Assembly: GCA_021733945.1 (NCBI GenBank)
Contig: JAIPJX010000004.1
Location: 12,579 to 76,578, forward strand
Length of the DNA stretch: 64,000 nucleotides
Direction: 5' to 3'
Source of the DNA: Verrucomicrobiota bacterium
GTDB lineage: Bacteria > Verrucomicrobiota > Verrucomicrobiia > Limisphaerales > SIBE01
Made by a program: the position numbers and the translations under genes. The number at the start of each line of letters is the position of its first letter. Position 1 is the first letter of the stretch. Below the pieces are notes generated by a model that did not search any database, was not told where the DNA came from, and worked only from the letters and a program-made list of their open reading frames with translations. Below are positions 29,777 through 38,891 of the stretch, in pieces.

Positions 29777-30517
29777 ATGGAAAGACGGATTCTAAATGGC
29801 GGGCGGTTCGCCACAACTCAGTGGAGCATCGTCCGCACCGCGTCGTCCGCTCCGGATCCCGCGCGGCTTGATGCCCTGGATTATTTGCTCCGGTGTTATT
29901 GCCCCGCCCTGGTCGAATATGTGAAGCGCCAATTTCGATTCGATGAAGACCAGGCGAATGACATGGTTCATGGCTTTGTTGAGGACCGGGTCTTAACGAA
30001 GAATCTGCTCGCGCATGCGTCCGAGGACCGGGGGAAGTTCCGGACATTCCTTCTTCAATCGTTTCGATCGTACACTCTCGACCAGATCAGATTTAGCCAA
30101 AGGCACATACGAAGTCCCAGGGGTGGATTCACGACGTTGGACCAAGCGTGCGACGAATTTGATACGGCTAACCCACAAGATCATCAGGCAGTATTCGACG
30201 ATGGCTTTGCGCGACAAGTGATTGCCGAAGCGATTCACCGCACCCATCAGAAATGCCTGGCCGACAATGCGCCCGAAATCTGGGAGATTTTGTACGCGCG
30301 CGCGTTGGCACCGCATCTTGAGGAATTACCGCCGGAAGAATACTCGGTTCTGGCAAAGGAACTAGAACTCAAAGACATGGCGGAAGCGCACAACAAGCTG
30401 GCTTCCGGAAAACGAATGTTTAAGAAGTTTTTCAAGATGGTTGTCGAAGAATTTGCCGCTGACGAAAATGAACTCGAAGAGGAACTTCGCTATTTGAGAG
30501 GTTTTTTTGACTCCTGA
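29777..30517 (+). CDS. ECF sigma factor of the Ser/Thr-kinase-associated PVC type
   Basis: FATTQWS, ALDYLLRCY, QANDMVHGF, RGKFRTFLL, C-terminal EEELRYL. Confidence 0.85.
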   Translation: MERRILNGGRFATTQWSIVRTASSAPDPARLDALDYLLRCYCPALVEYVKRQFRFDEDQANDMVHGFVEDRVLTKNLLAHASEDRGKFRTFLLQSFRSYTLDQIRFSQRHIRSPRGGFTTLDQACDEFDTANPQDHQAVFDDGFARQVIAEAIHRTHQKCLADNAPEIWEILYARALAPHLEELPPEEYSVLAKELELKDMAEAHNKLASGKRMFKKFFKMVVEEFAADENELEEELRYLRGFFDS

Positions 30518-30545
30518 CGGCAAGATTCGCGTTTGGACGACGTAG
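30517..30545 (+). promoter_or_regulatory. Candidate ECF promoter for the kinase operon
   Basis: ACGGCAAGAT-TCGCGTTTGGA-CGACGTAG with an upstream T7 tract, 20 nt before ATG 30565. Confidence 0.65.
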
Positions 30546-30564
30546 GTACTTATAGGATCTTGCA

Positions 30565-30717
30565 ATGCCAAACAACCCGGAAGAAAAACCTGAGGAACGG
30601 GATATTCGTCATCTCGACAAAAAAAAGATGGCGGAACTCCTGAAAGACCTGATCGATAACGATGATGAAGGTGCAGAAACCGATTCGCAGCCGGATGAAC
30701 GGACCGAAGGACAATGA
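30565..30717 (+). CDS. Small acidic protein (50 aa; below the ORF-track cutoff)
   Basis: MPNNPEEKPEERDIRHLDKKKMAELLKDLIDNDDEGAETDSQPDERTEGQ*; AGGA RBS upstream. Confidence 0.65.
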   Translation: MPNNPEEKPEERDIRHLDKKKMAELLKDLIDNDDEGAETDSQPDERTEGQ

Positions 30718-30745
30718 CCTGAATTGCGCTGTTCTCTTTCCAAGA

Positions 30746-32407
30746 ATGGTTCTCCGAACTTTCCTGAGAGCGTGTCTGAAAAGGTGGAGCCAACGTAAAA
30801 AGGTTCTCTTCTTCAACTCCGAAACCGGGCGAACTCCAAAGCATTTGGAGCCTCGTCACCTCGGTTCCTACCCTGGAATGAGAGTTTTCAGACACCCTCT
30901 GAGGTTTCTCAGCCTGATCCTGCTGGTGCTGGTCTTGGGCAAATCCGATCCGTCCAATTCTCAGAACATTTCGCTTGATGAACCTGTGGAAAAGGGAGCA
31001 CCGCGGTCCTCGGACGCCGAAACGATGTTCCCGGAACCGGCCCATGATGCGGAACTCCGGCGACGCCTGGCCGGATTTCGGGAACGGATTCGCACATCCG
31101 ACCCTACAAACTCGATCCCGGACCTTGCGTTTGAAGCGCTGGGCCTGCTGAGATCGTTGGCGGGCGAACCTGTTTCGAACAATGAGTGGAACCGGCTTTT
31201 GGCTTTTCCTGAGAGCTTAAGCAATTCCATTGCCGAGCTTGAACTCGCATTAGAAGCCGAATCCGCAAAGACCGTTTTCTCAGTGATTCCCGCCACTGAC
31301 ACGACCTCGGGATTGTTGGCATTGAATCCGTGGGGAGGCATCGACCAGGAAACACACTATCAGCCTCGATTTTCTGACCTTAAATACTGGACGGGTTCCC
31401 CTGCCCTCACACCCGTGCCACCATCCCTTCACGATTCTATTCCTTCCCGATATCGACTGGCCGAAATGCTCGGGCTCGGCACAAATCAGGTTCACATCGA
31501 AGTTTTCTTCATCGATGCAAAACTCTTTACAGCCATTGATTACGGGTTCGATATCACACAGCGAATCCGGCACGACGTGACAGGATCTTTTCAGCTCCAA
31601 GAAACGGGCGTCAGCGTCGAAACATTTCGCCGAATGATCGAAAGCAAAAGCCGAATCGGCACCCGCGAGATCGATCTGGGGCCGGAGGTAAAACCGCACA
31701 AGGTGGGCTTCCGATCCATATCCACCTCAGACGCCGCGAACAGCGTCCAAGGCACACGAGCCTGGGAACAAGAACGCCTGGACCAACGTCTGGCCCTGGA
31801 ATCGCGGCCGGTCGGTCCGTCCGCAAGTCAACAAAATGACGAACACCAAAGGAATTCCGCCATCAACGAGGCCATTTCGCGCAAGCTCGAGTCCCTCCAA
31901 GAAACGGTCATCGCAGCCCAGACCCTGTTCCTCGAAGAGTCTCCAAGGGTGGAACGTTTGGACAACACGATTGCCGCCCTTCGAGACTGGGAAGCGAGTC
32001 ATTCGGATTTCCTCTCATGCCTGATTCGTCCGATGTCTCCCAGACTCATCGGCAAACAGATGCTTGAGAAACAAATTGTCGATCAAGGCAAATCCAACTC
32101 GGCGATCCAATTTGACGAATTGCTTCCGGAGCAAATCCGAGCGGCGACTCTAACCATGGCTCACGGACTCCTTCATCGAGTTCCAGAGGCGGTGCAACCG
32201 GTCGCTTTGGAGATTTTCACGGCGATGTTGCAAAACCTTCCATCGCATTCGTTATTGCCCGGGCGCAAGATCGGATATATTCCCCGCGATCCTCGTAGGA
32301 GCCGACGTAAGGAGGCTCATTCTATCCGGATCGAAGGAAGTCAGAGCCACCTCACGTCGGTTCCTACGGTTCAGAGGTTCAAAGCGCGAGAGGTTCCGAA
32401 ACGCTAG
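30746..32407 (+). CDS. Secreted/membrane-anchored hypothetical protein with an in-frame MITE and a REP-derived C-terminus
   Basis: Removing 135 bp gives the signal-like N-terminus MVLRTFLRFLSLILLVLVLG; helical body. Confidence 0.72.
   Translation: MVLRTFLRACLKRWSQRKKVLFFNSETGRTPKHLEPRHLGSYPGMRVFRHPLRFLSLILLVLVLGKSDPSNSQNISLDEPVEKGAPRSSDAETMFPEPAHDAELRRRLAGFRERIRTSDPTNSIPDLAFEALGLLRSLAGEPVSNNEWNRLLAFPESLSNSIAELELALEAESAKTVFSVIPATDTTSGLLALNPWGGIDQETHYQPRFSDLKYWTGSPALTPVPPSLHDSIPSRYRLAEMLGLGTNQVHIEVFFIDAKLFTAIDYGFDITQRIRHDVTGSFQLQETGVSVETFRRMIESKSRIGTREIDLGPEVKPHKVGFRSISTSDAANSVQGTRAWEQERLDQRLALESRPVGPSASQQNDEHQRNSAINEAISRKLESLQETVIAAQTLFLEESPRVERLDNTIAALRDWEASHSDFLSCLIRPMSPRLIGKQMLEKQIVDQGKSNSAIQFDELLPEQIRAATLTMAHGLLHRVPEAVQPVALEIFTAMLQNLPSHSLLPGRKIGYIPRDPRRSRRKEAHSIRIEGSQSHLTSVPTVQRFKAREVPKR
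30768..30899 (+). mobile_element. IS5-like 132-bp MITE with a TGA target-site duplication
   Basis: TIRs GAGCGTGTCTGAAAA / TTTTCAGACACCCTC (14/15 match); TGA at 30765-30767 and 30900-30902. Confidence 0.88.
32294..32368. repeat. REP doublet inside the 3' end of a CDS
   Basis: CGTAGGAGCCGACGTAAGGAGGCTC ... GAGCCACCTCACGTCGGTTCCTACG; same REP family as inside the IS5-like MITE. Confidence 0.8.
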
Positions 32408-32415
32408 TTCCACGC

Positions 32416-34774
32416 ATGTCTGATTCACCAGAGACATCCCCGACTGTTCGCCGCGCGTTTCCAACTTCTCGAAAAGCTCGGAGAAGGAACCGTGGCTTCG
32501 ACGTGGTTAACCCTCGATACTGTTCGCCAGGAACAAGTGATTTTAAAAATACTCCACGAAGATATCGTAAGGGACGCGGGAGGATTTGGAGGATTGAAAG
32601 AAACATTGCGATTCACATCCAGTTTTCGGCATCAATCAGTGCTTAGCGTGTTCGATTTTTCCGAGTCGGAAAATCAGGTGTATTTCAGCATGGAAACGGC
32701 CCGGGGCGAATCGGTGCGCGATCGTATCGATGCAGCGGACAAATCTGGACAACCGATCGATGCCCGCACCATCGGGAAGATCATGTCCACCCTGTTGAAC
32801 ACGATTGCCGAAGGCCGTACGAATACTTTTCCTCACGGCGGGATCAAGCCTGAGAACATCTGGATGGAGCCGAATGACCGTGTTCGGATCAGCGAATTCG
32901 GAATCAACACGCTGGCAACACCCCGGAAACTGCTTTCCACCGCAGCGATTCTTAAGACAGGCCGATACATGGCCCCTGAGATTTACAGGTCCGAATTGGA
33001 ACTTGATCACCGAACCGATCAATTTGCGATCGGCACGGTATGGTCGGAATTATTGCTCGCGGGCGGCGCGGATCCCGCCCAGCGTGTTTTGAAACACCAA
33101 CGACAGGTTATCGCGCGATTGACCGCGGTGAATCCCTCGGACCGCTTTCCGTCGTTCGACACGTTGCTCGAAACGATAAGAGATCGACAAGCGCTCTCCT
33201 TAATAATGGAATCGACTCGGGAGTGGCCTCAGCGTGTCCGCAGAATATTCACGCCGGTTCTCAGTTTGATCGCCTTGGGAAGCGCAGCTCTGTTTTATGC
33301 CAATTCCATTCGCGAGTCGGGAGTCGAGAATACCCGAGTGCTTCAGTCACAGAGTGAGTTGCGCCAGCGGATTCGAGAAGTTGAGCACAGCCGGATGAGT
33401 CTGCTCGCGGAAGGTTTTTTGATGCCAGAGGTAAGCGATGCCCTGGTCCGTTATTTCTCGGCGGACACGGAATACGAGATTCTGGAATCGCTCAGCGAGG
33501 GAACGGCAACGGACGAAAATTTCGGCTCTTCCATGAAAACCCGATTAAACGCGCGAGAGGCCAGCATTGAACTCGCCCACGGAACGATCCGCCGTTTGGG
33601 TGAGATCGAAGGTGGGTTGCAGGCGCTCGGTCGGGTTTCAGACCGGACTTCGAAAAACCACGACGGCATCCCTCTCCCAATGCAATCCCTTCTCAACCGC
33701 GCGATTGAGGAGTTCCAGAGTGGCCAGTTCCATGCGAGTTTGGAAATCAGCGAACAGCTTGTGGCCAAGATCGGCCAATTCTTTGATGACAACTGGAAAA
33801 CAGCACTGGCAAAGGCGGAAGAAAACAAATCGCAATGGAGAACCGCTTTGATTGAACATGGAATCCCCTATTCCGAACCCAACAAGAACCTCACCGGCAT
33901 TCTACTACAAATAGGATTCAGCAACATCGCTTCGACAACGGCCGACGCAATCATCCGTGCCAGGGAAGTGAGCGAGACCTTTCGAGCATGGACAACCGAG
34001 TTGGAGCAACTTCCCCGGCAACGCCCGGGTTCGTTCCGAAATAGTCTGGGAATGCTCTTTGAAACTGTCGGATCCATTCAGGTTTCCGTGTGGGAAACTC
34101 GCATTCTGGATTTCCACGCTTATGTGGAAGCCACGGGATTCGATGCGAATCGTGCTTGGAGGGAAGAAGCGGCTCTGGTTGGACCGACCCATCCGGTAAC
34201 CTCTGTCGCCCGGATCGACGGGGTCACGTTTTGCGATTGGCTCACCGGGAAAGAACACGCGATGGGAATGCTCCCAAAGCACCTGGCCTATTCATTGCCC
34301 ACGGATCTTGAATGGAGCATGTTTGCGGGATTGGAAAACGAAAGGGGCGTGCAACCGTTTCAGCGCAGCTTCGAGGCACCCAGCCTCTATCCCTGGGAAA
34401 GCGACGATCTGGTTTATTCCAACCATGGGAACTACTTCACCCCGTCCAGCGCCAATGAAAGCAATCATTTCTTTGCAATGAAGGACCGCTTTACAACCAC
34501 CGCGCCGGTCGGCCGATTCGCGCCCAATCGAAACGGCCTCCATGATCTGGGTGGCAACGTGTGGGAATGGGTTTCAACCCCCTACTTCGAAGAACCCGCC
34601 GTGCGGTACAAGGGTTCGTATATGGCCCGGGGCGGCGGGTGGCGCACGATCAATCTCGAGCAGATGAAAACCGGATACCGAATCAATCCCCCGGCAGGCC
34701 ATCAAGAGATTGGTTTTCGCTGCATCATTCGGTCGAAATCCAGAGCGACGGAAAAGCCGGACAACCCACAATGA
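32416..34774 (+). CDS. Ser/Thr pseudokinase - TM - helical region - FGE/SUMF1 domain (frameshift near the start)
   Basis: HGGIKPEN (no catalytic Asp), EFG, GEGTVA; C-terminal TAPVGRFAPNRNGLHDLGGNVWEW...RGGGW...IGFRC; ATG 32416 is one base out of frame. Confidence 0.82.
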
Positions 34775-37491
34775 GCGACCCTAATCCACCCGCCGGCGAT
34801 CGCCCGCCCAAACCGGTCTGGAAAATTCCGGGGCGGCGTTCCCGAAACAAACACACCCGACGCCCAGGGCCTGAAACCGGCGATAGACTGCAACTGGATC
34901 TGGCGATCGGATCGATTCGACCCGGTGATCACCTTCGAAACCGTTTCGAGATCAAGGAGCGAATCGGTGTTGGTGGAATGAGCTTGGTCTATCGGGCTGT
35001 CGATCTGAACCGTGGCGAGGAGGTTGCGATCAAGTTTCTCGGTCCAACCCTGCTTCAAGAACCCAACGCAGTGAAGGGCTTTATCAATGAAGCCAGGATC
35101 GCGTCCCGATTGAATCACCCGAACATCGTCAAAATTTATGATGTTCATGTGGACCAAGGCGTTCATTTCCTACAGATGGAACTCCTCAAAGGAACAAATC
35201 TCCGGGAATGGATGAAACGTGTCAGCGCTAAAAACACCAAACTGTCTCTCCGGCAGGTTTTGCCAATTCTTCTCTCGATTTGCGACGCTTTAAGGTTCGC
35301 GCATGAAACCACGGTTCATCGCGACTTGAAGCCGGAGAACATCGGTATCTCGGATACAGGCGAAGTCAAAGTGATGGACTTCGGACTAGCCCAGTTGCTG
35401 CAAAGATCGCAATCCTCTCTATTTCGAGAAACCGTGACTCAGATCAGCGCCGGCACGCCCTACTACATGGCGCCTGAACTTCTGGGTCATAATCAACCCG
35501 TGGATGCTCGCGCCGATCAGTTCTCGCTCTCTGTCATCGCGTATGAGCTTCTAACGGGCGATCTTCCCCTGGGATTGGCAGCGCCGCTTTCCGAACGCCG
35601 ACCCGATTTGCCGTTGAGATTCGCACGCGCCATTGATCGCGGGCTCAGCCATCGTTCTTCCGATCGTTTTCCGTCAATCGGGGAATTCGCCAATGAACTT
35701 CAACAATCCAAACATCCCGAAGGAATAGCCAGTCGATGCCACAGAGAGTTTACGCATGCGCCCCGCTGGTTCAAATCATTGGCGCTATTGTCGTTGATTG
35801 TCGCTATCGGATACCCAGTGCTTCGGCGATGGGATCAGTCGCATAACGCGAGACAGGCCCGAACCGATCAACTCAACCATGCCATTGAGGACGCCGAACT
35901 GAGTTTCGCCGGACTCAGCGAACGAGTGCGCGAAGCGGAACTCACGAAGAACATTCTCACCCGGAGACTCGAAATCGAAACGGTTGCCCAAACCTCGGGA
36001 ACGGCGGATTTCGCGCAGGAATCCCGGATCTACACCGTCTCCAATCAACTAAACGTCGCATCCGCTGTGTGGAATTGGATCGATCCGAGGGTTACGTCTC
36101 AGCGCGTCTTCATTGAATTGGACGAATGGCTAAAAGCAGCACGCTTCGCAGTTCGTAACCATCGGTTTGATGACGCGCTCGAGATCTTATCCCGCCTTCG
36201 AACAAAAGCCGATCTCCTTGAAGGCAACATGCCGCGGATCAGAACCGCGCTGGCCGCCAAAGATCGTATTTCATGCCTGCTGCTGGAAAAACAAAGCCTC
36301 GACACGATGACAACTGAAGGGTCTTTCGATAAACCCCCGATTAGTGGAGGACCGACGTCCCCGGAGGCCGAAAAACCAAATGACACCATCCATTTTCCGG
36401 GCTCGGAGACGTCGTCCCTCCAAAGCCAGTTCAAGGCCGCTCTTGCAATGCTCGAACGAGAAGAATGGCGTGACACCGTTGATCACTTGGAAGCCATCGA
36501 GCAGATCCTGAAAAGCGATCTCGAAATGCAATTTGCAGCCGCGGAAGCGGCGTTTAAAATGAGCCGCTCTCTCTGGATGGACCTTTTCCCGAAAGAACTC
36601 GGAGCGCCCGATCTTAGCTTTCTAGCGGACGTGGCGGGCATGGGTCGAAAGGCGAAGGAATACCATCAAACGGAACGATACGCTCTGGCAACCCGGGAAC
36701 TGGAATCCGCATCCAACTATTACAACCGGTGGGCAAACGACGTCGTGTCAATGAGACAACGAACGGAGAAAAGCTGGTCTGAAGCGAAGTATAAGATCCA
36801 AGCCCTGGGGATGCGCTTTATCCGAATCGACGGAGTCTACTGGAGCGTTTGGGAAACACGGGTGATGGATTTCGCCAGGTGGCTGTCGGACAATCGGGAG
36901 ATTTCTCATGAGGTACTGAGCTCAGCGAATCTCGCGAATGCCGACATCGGCCCCACGCACCCGATCACGGGCCTTGACCGCCTCACAACGGTGAATGTCG
37001 CGAACTGGTTTGGCTACAATATGATTCTTCAAGCAAGGCCGTACGGAAGGCTGCCCACGCAAGAGCAATGGGCGAGTCTTCATGCCTCGAATGAAATTGA
37101 CGCCGAATACAAGTTCGGAATCTTCCCGAACAACAACAGACAACGCATGCTCATTGTAAAGCAGTATTACAGTGATTCGAATCTGGATCCGTCCGCCTAC
37201 ATCAAGCCGGTGGGCCTTGGCAATCCGAGTCCCGGAGGACTTTACGATCTCACTGGCAATGCCTGGGAATGGAGCAGCTCAACCGTTCACCTCGAAGCGG
37301 CGGAATCTTTCAATAGGGAACCCCTGAAGTGGATTCTCCATGGTGGCGGCCGATTCGGACAACACCGCTTCCACGAAAACGAACCCCCACGAACCAACTC
37401 CGTTTTTGTGTCACGGGAAGACGCGATCGGGGGACGGATCGTCCTCGTCCCCAACGCGGAACTGGATACCCAATCCGGTTGGGAAAACTGA
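34771..37491 (+). CDS. Ser/Thr protein kinase - TM - helical region - FGE/SUMF1 domain
   Basis: GVGGMS.V, VAIK, HRDLKPEN, DFG, GTPYYMAPE; C-terminal GLYDLTGNAWEW; ATGA overlap with the upstream gene. Confidence 0.9.
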   Translation: MSDPNPPAGDRPPKPVWKIPGRRSRNKHTRRPGPETGDRLQLDLAIGSIRPGDHLRNRFEIKERIGVGGMSLVYRAVDLNRGEEVAIKFLGPTLLQEPNAVKGFINEARIASRLNHPNIVKIYDVHVDQGVHFLQMELLKGTNLREWMKRVSAKNTKLSLRQVLPILLSICDALRFAHETTVHRDLKPENIGISDTGEVKVMDFGLAQLLQRSQSSLFRETVTQISAGTPYYMAPELLGHNQPVDARADQFSLSVIAYELLTGDLPLGLAAPLSERRPDLPLRFARAIDRGLSHRSSDRFPSIGEFANELQQSKHPEGIASRCHREFTHAPRWFKSLALLSLIVAIGYPVLRRWDQSHNARQARTDQLNHAIEDAELSFAGLSERVREAELTKNILTRRLEIETVAQTSGTADFAQESRIYTVSNQLNVASAVWNWIDPRVTSQRVFIELDEWLKAARFAVRNHRFDDALEILSRLRTKADLLEGNMPRIRTALAAKDRISCLLLEKQSLDTMTTEGSFDKPPISGGPTSPEAEKPNDTIHFPGSETSSLQSQFKAALAMLEREEWRDTVDHLEAIEQILKSDLEMQFAAAEAAFKMSRSLWMDLFPKELGAPDLSFLADVAGMGRKAKEYHQTERYALATRELESASNYYNRWANDVVSMRQRTEKSWSEAKYKIQALGMRFIRIDGVYWSVWETRVMDFARWLSDNREISHEVLSSANLANADIGPTHPITGLDRLTTVNVANWFGYNMILQARPYGRLPTQEQWASLHASNEIDAEYKFGIFPNNNRQRMLIVKQYYSDSNLDPSAYIKPVGLGNPSPGGLYDLTGNAWEWSSSTVHLEAAESFNREPLKWILHGGGRFGQHRFHENEPPRTNSVFVSREDAIGGRIVLVPNAELDTQSGWEN

Positions 37492-37587
37492 TAACGCAGG
37501 CCGTGGTCGCGGCCGCAGGTTCGCCAACCGCAGGTTCGGCGATTGACGCATCCCCCCAGCGGGAATAGGTTCGTATCCGACAAAACT

Positions 37588-37974
37588 ATGATTGCATCCA
37601 GTTCCAAACCACCAGGCGCAGCGCCCTCGTTCCGCGTCGGCGACGAACGGCTGATCAAGGTAACCGAGAACGCCGCGACGAAAATCCAGTCCCTGCTCAC
37701 CAAACAGGGGCGGGCCGGAGGTGTCCTGCGGGTCGCCGTGATCGGTGGAGGATGCTCGGGGCTTCAATACAAGATGGACTTGCAGGATCAACCCGCGCCC
37801 CGGGACATCCTTGTGGAATCGGCAGGCATCAAGGTGGTCGTCGACCCCAAAAGCGCCCTGTATGTGACGGGGTCCGAACTCGACTACAGTGACGCGCTGC
37901 AGGAGGGCGGGTTCAAGGTTGCCAATCCAAACGCAGCCACAAGCTGTTCCTGCGGAGAGAGCTTCAGCGCGTAG
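37588..37974 (+). CDS. iscA: A-type Fe-S cluster carrier (IscA/HesB family)
   Basis: GGGCSGLQY, NPNA..SCSCGESF. Confidence 0.9.
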   Translation: MIASSSKPPGAAPSFRVGDERLIKVTENAATKIQSLLTKQGRAGGVLRVAVIGGGCSGLQYKMDLQDQPAPRDILVESAGIKVVVDPKSALYVTGSELDYSDALQEGGFKVANPNAATSCSCGESFSA

Positions 37975-38064
37975 AACCGTCTCCCGGGCAACCCTGAGCT
38001 ATCGTCTGATCCCAGCGCTCTCATTGCGACCGGGGCCCAAGAACCAAAGCCCTCCGTTTGCAAG

Positions 38065-38685
38065 ATGATCGATCATTTCGCCACTTTCGACCAACCGCGC
38101 CGACCCTGGCTTGATCTTGAAGATCTAAAAAGCCGGTTTCATTCGCTTAGTTCACAGGCTCATCCGGACCGCAAACACGATGCGGACGCAGGGGAACGCC
38201 AGGACGCGCACGACCAATCGACGGCGCTCAACGCGGCCTACCAATGTCTGAGGGATCCCAAGAACCGACTGGCCCACCTGCTGGAACTGGAGCTTGGAAG
38301 AAAACCCGGGATCGTCGAAGAGATTCCCCAGGGATTGACTGATCTTTTTTTTGAAGTGGGAACCCTGTGCCGACAGGTGGACACGTTTCTCAAAGAGCGC
38401 GAATCCTGTCAGTCGCCGCTGGCGAAAGTGGCGGCGTTTGAAAAGGGACTCGCGTGGACGGATTCCCTGAATGCGTTGCAGGAGAAAATCAACGCGCGCC
38501 ATGCCGGGAGCGTGGCAACACTGGAATCGATGAACCCGGCCTGGGAAAAGGCAGAATCGACTCCCGGACCGGAACGGCTCGCGCGGCTGCCGCTGGCCGC
38601 AGCGGAAGAGGTCCACCGCGACCTTGGATTCACAACGCGCTGGATTCAGCAGCTGCGGGACCGGATTGTCCGACTCTCGATTTGA
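38065..38685 (+). CDS. hscB: HscB-like J-domain co-chaperone
   Basis: HPD, LNAAYQCLRDP..RL.HLLEL; adjacent to iscA. Confidence 0.8.
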   Translation: MIDHFATFDQPRRPWLDLEDLKSRFHSLSSQAHPDRKHDADAGERQDAHDQSTALNAAYQCLRDPKNRLAHLLELELGRKPGIVEEIPQGLTDLFFEVGTLCRQVDTFLKERESCQSPLAKVAAFEKGLAWTDSLNALQEKINARHAGSVATLESMNPAWEKAESTPGPERLARLPLAAAEEVHRDLGFTTRWIQQLRDRIVRLSI

Positions 38686-38761
38686 AGGCCCGGCGGCCTG
38701 ATCTCCCCAAATACGCGATCGAAGCAGCAGATTTCCCCCCGGGGGAAGGTGGCGCGAACCG

Positions 38762-38891
38762 CACCGCCATTCGTTTAAGAACTGAAATGGGCGAAGCGTC
38801 CTCGCTGAGCCGATCAACTCACTTTCGCTCAACCGCTTGTCGGCTCACCGGGACGGATTCGCCCTCCGAATGGCTTAAACGAATGGCAGTG
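38762..38891. mobile_element. IS4-like MITE (130 bp) inserted into a REP with a 10-bp TSD
   Basis: TIR CACCGCCATTCGTTTAAG / CTTAAACGAATGGCAGTG; GCGCGAACCG at 38752-38761 and 38892-38901; host REP doublet continues to about 38970. Confidence 0.85.

Noticed and set aside
34561-34770. Upstream 70-aa extension of the kinase ORF
   Set aside because: It overlaps the FGE domain of the preceding gene; ATG 34771 with the ATGA overlap is more plausible
34400-37491. Diversity-generating retroelement targeting the FGE (C-type lectin fold) domains
   Set aside because: I found no template repeat differing at adenines and no DGR reverse transcriptase in the window. The only RT relic is a group II intron tail. 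A remote TR elsewhere in the genome cannot be excluded.
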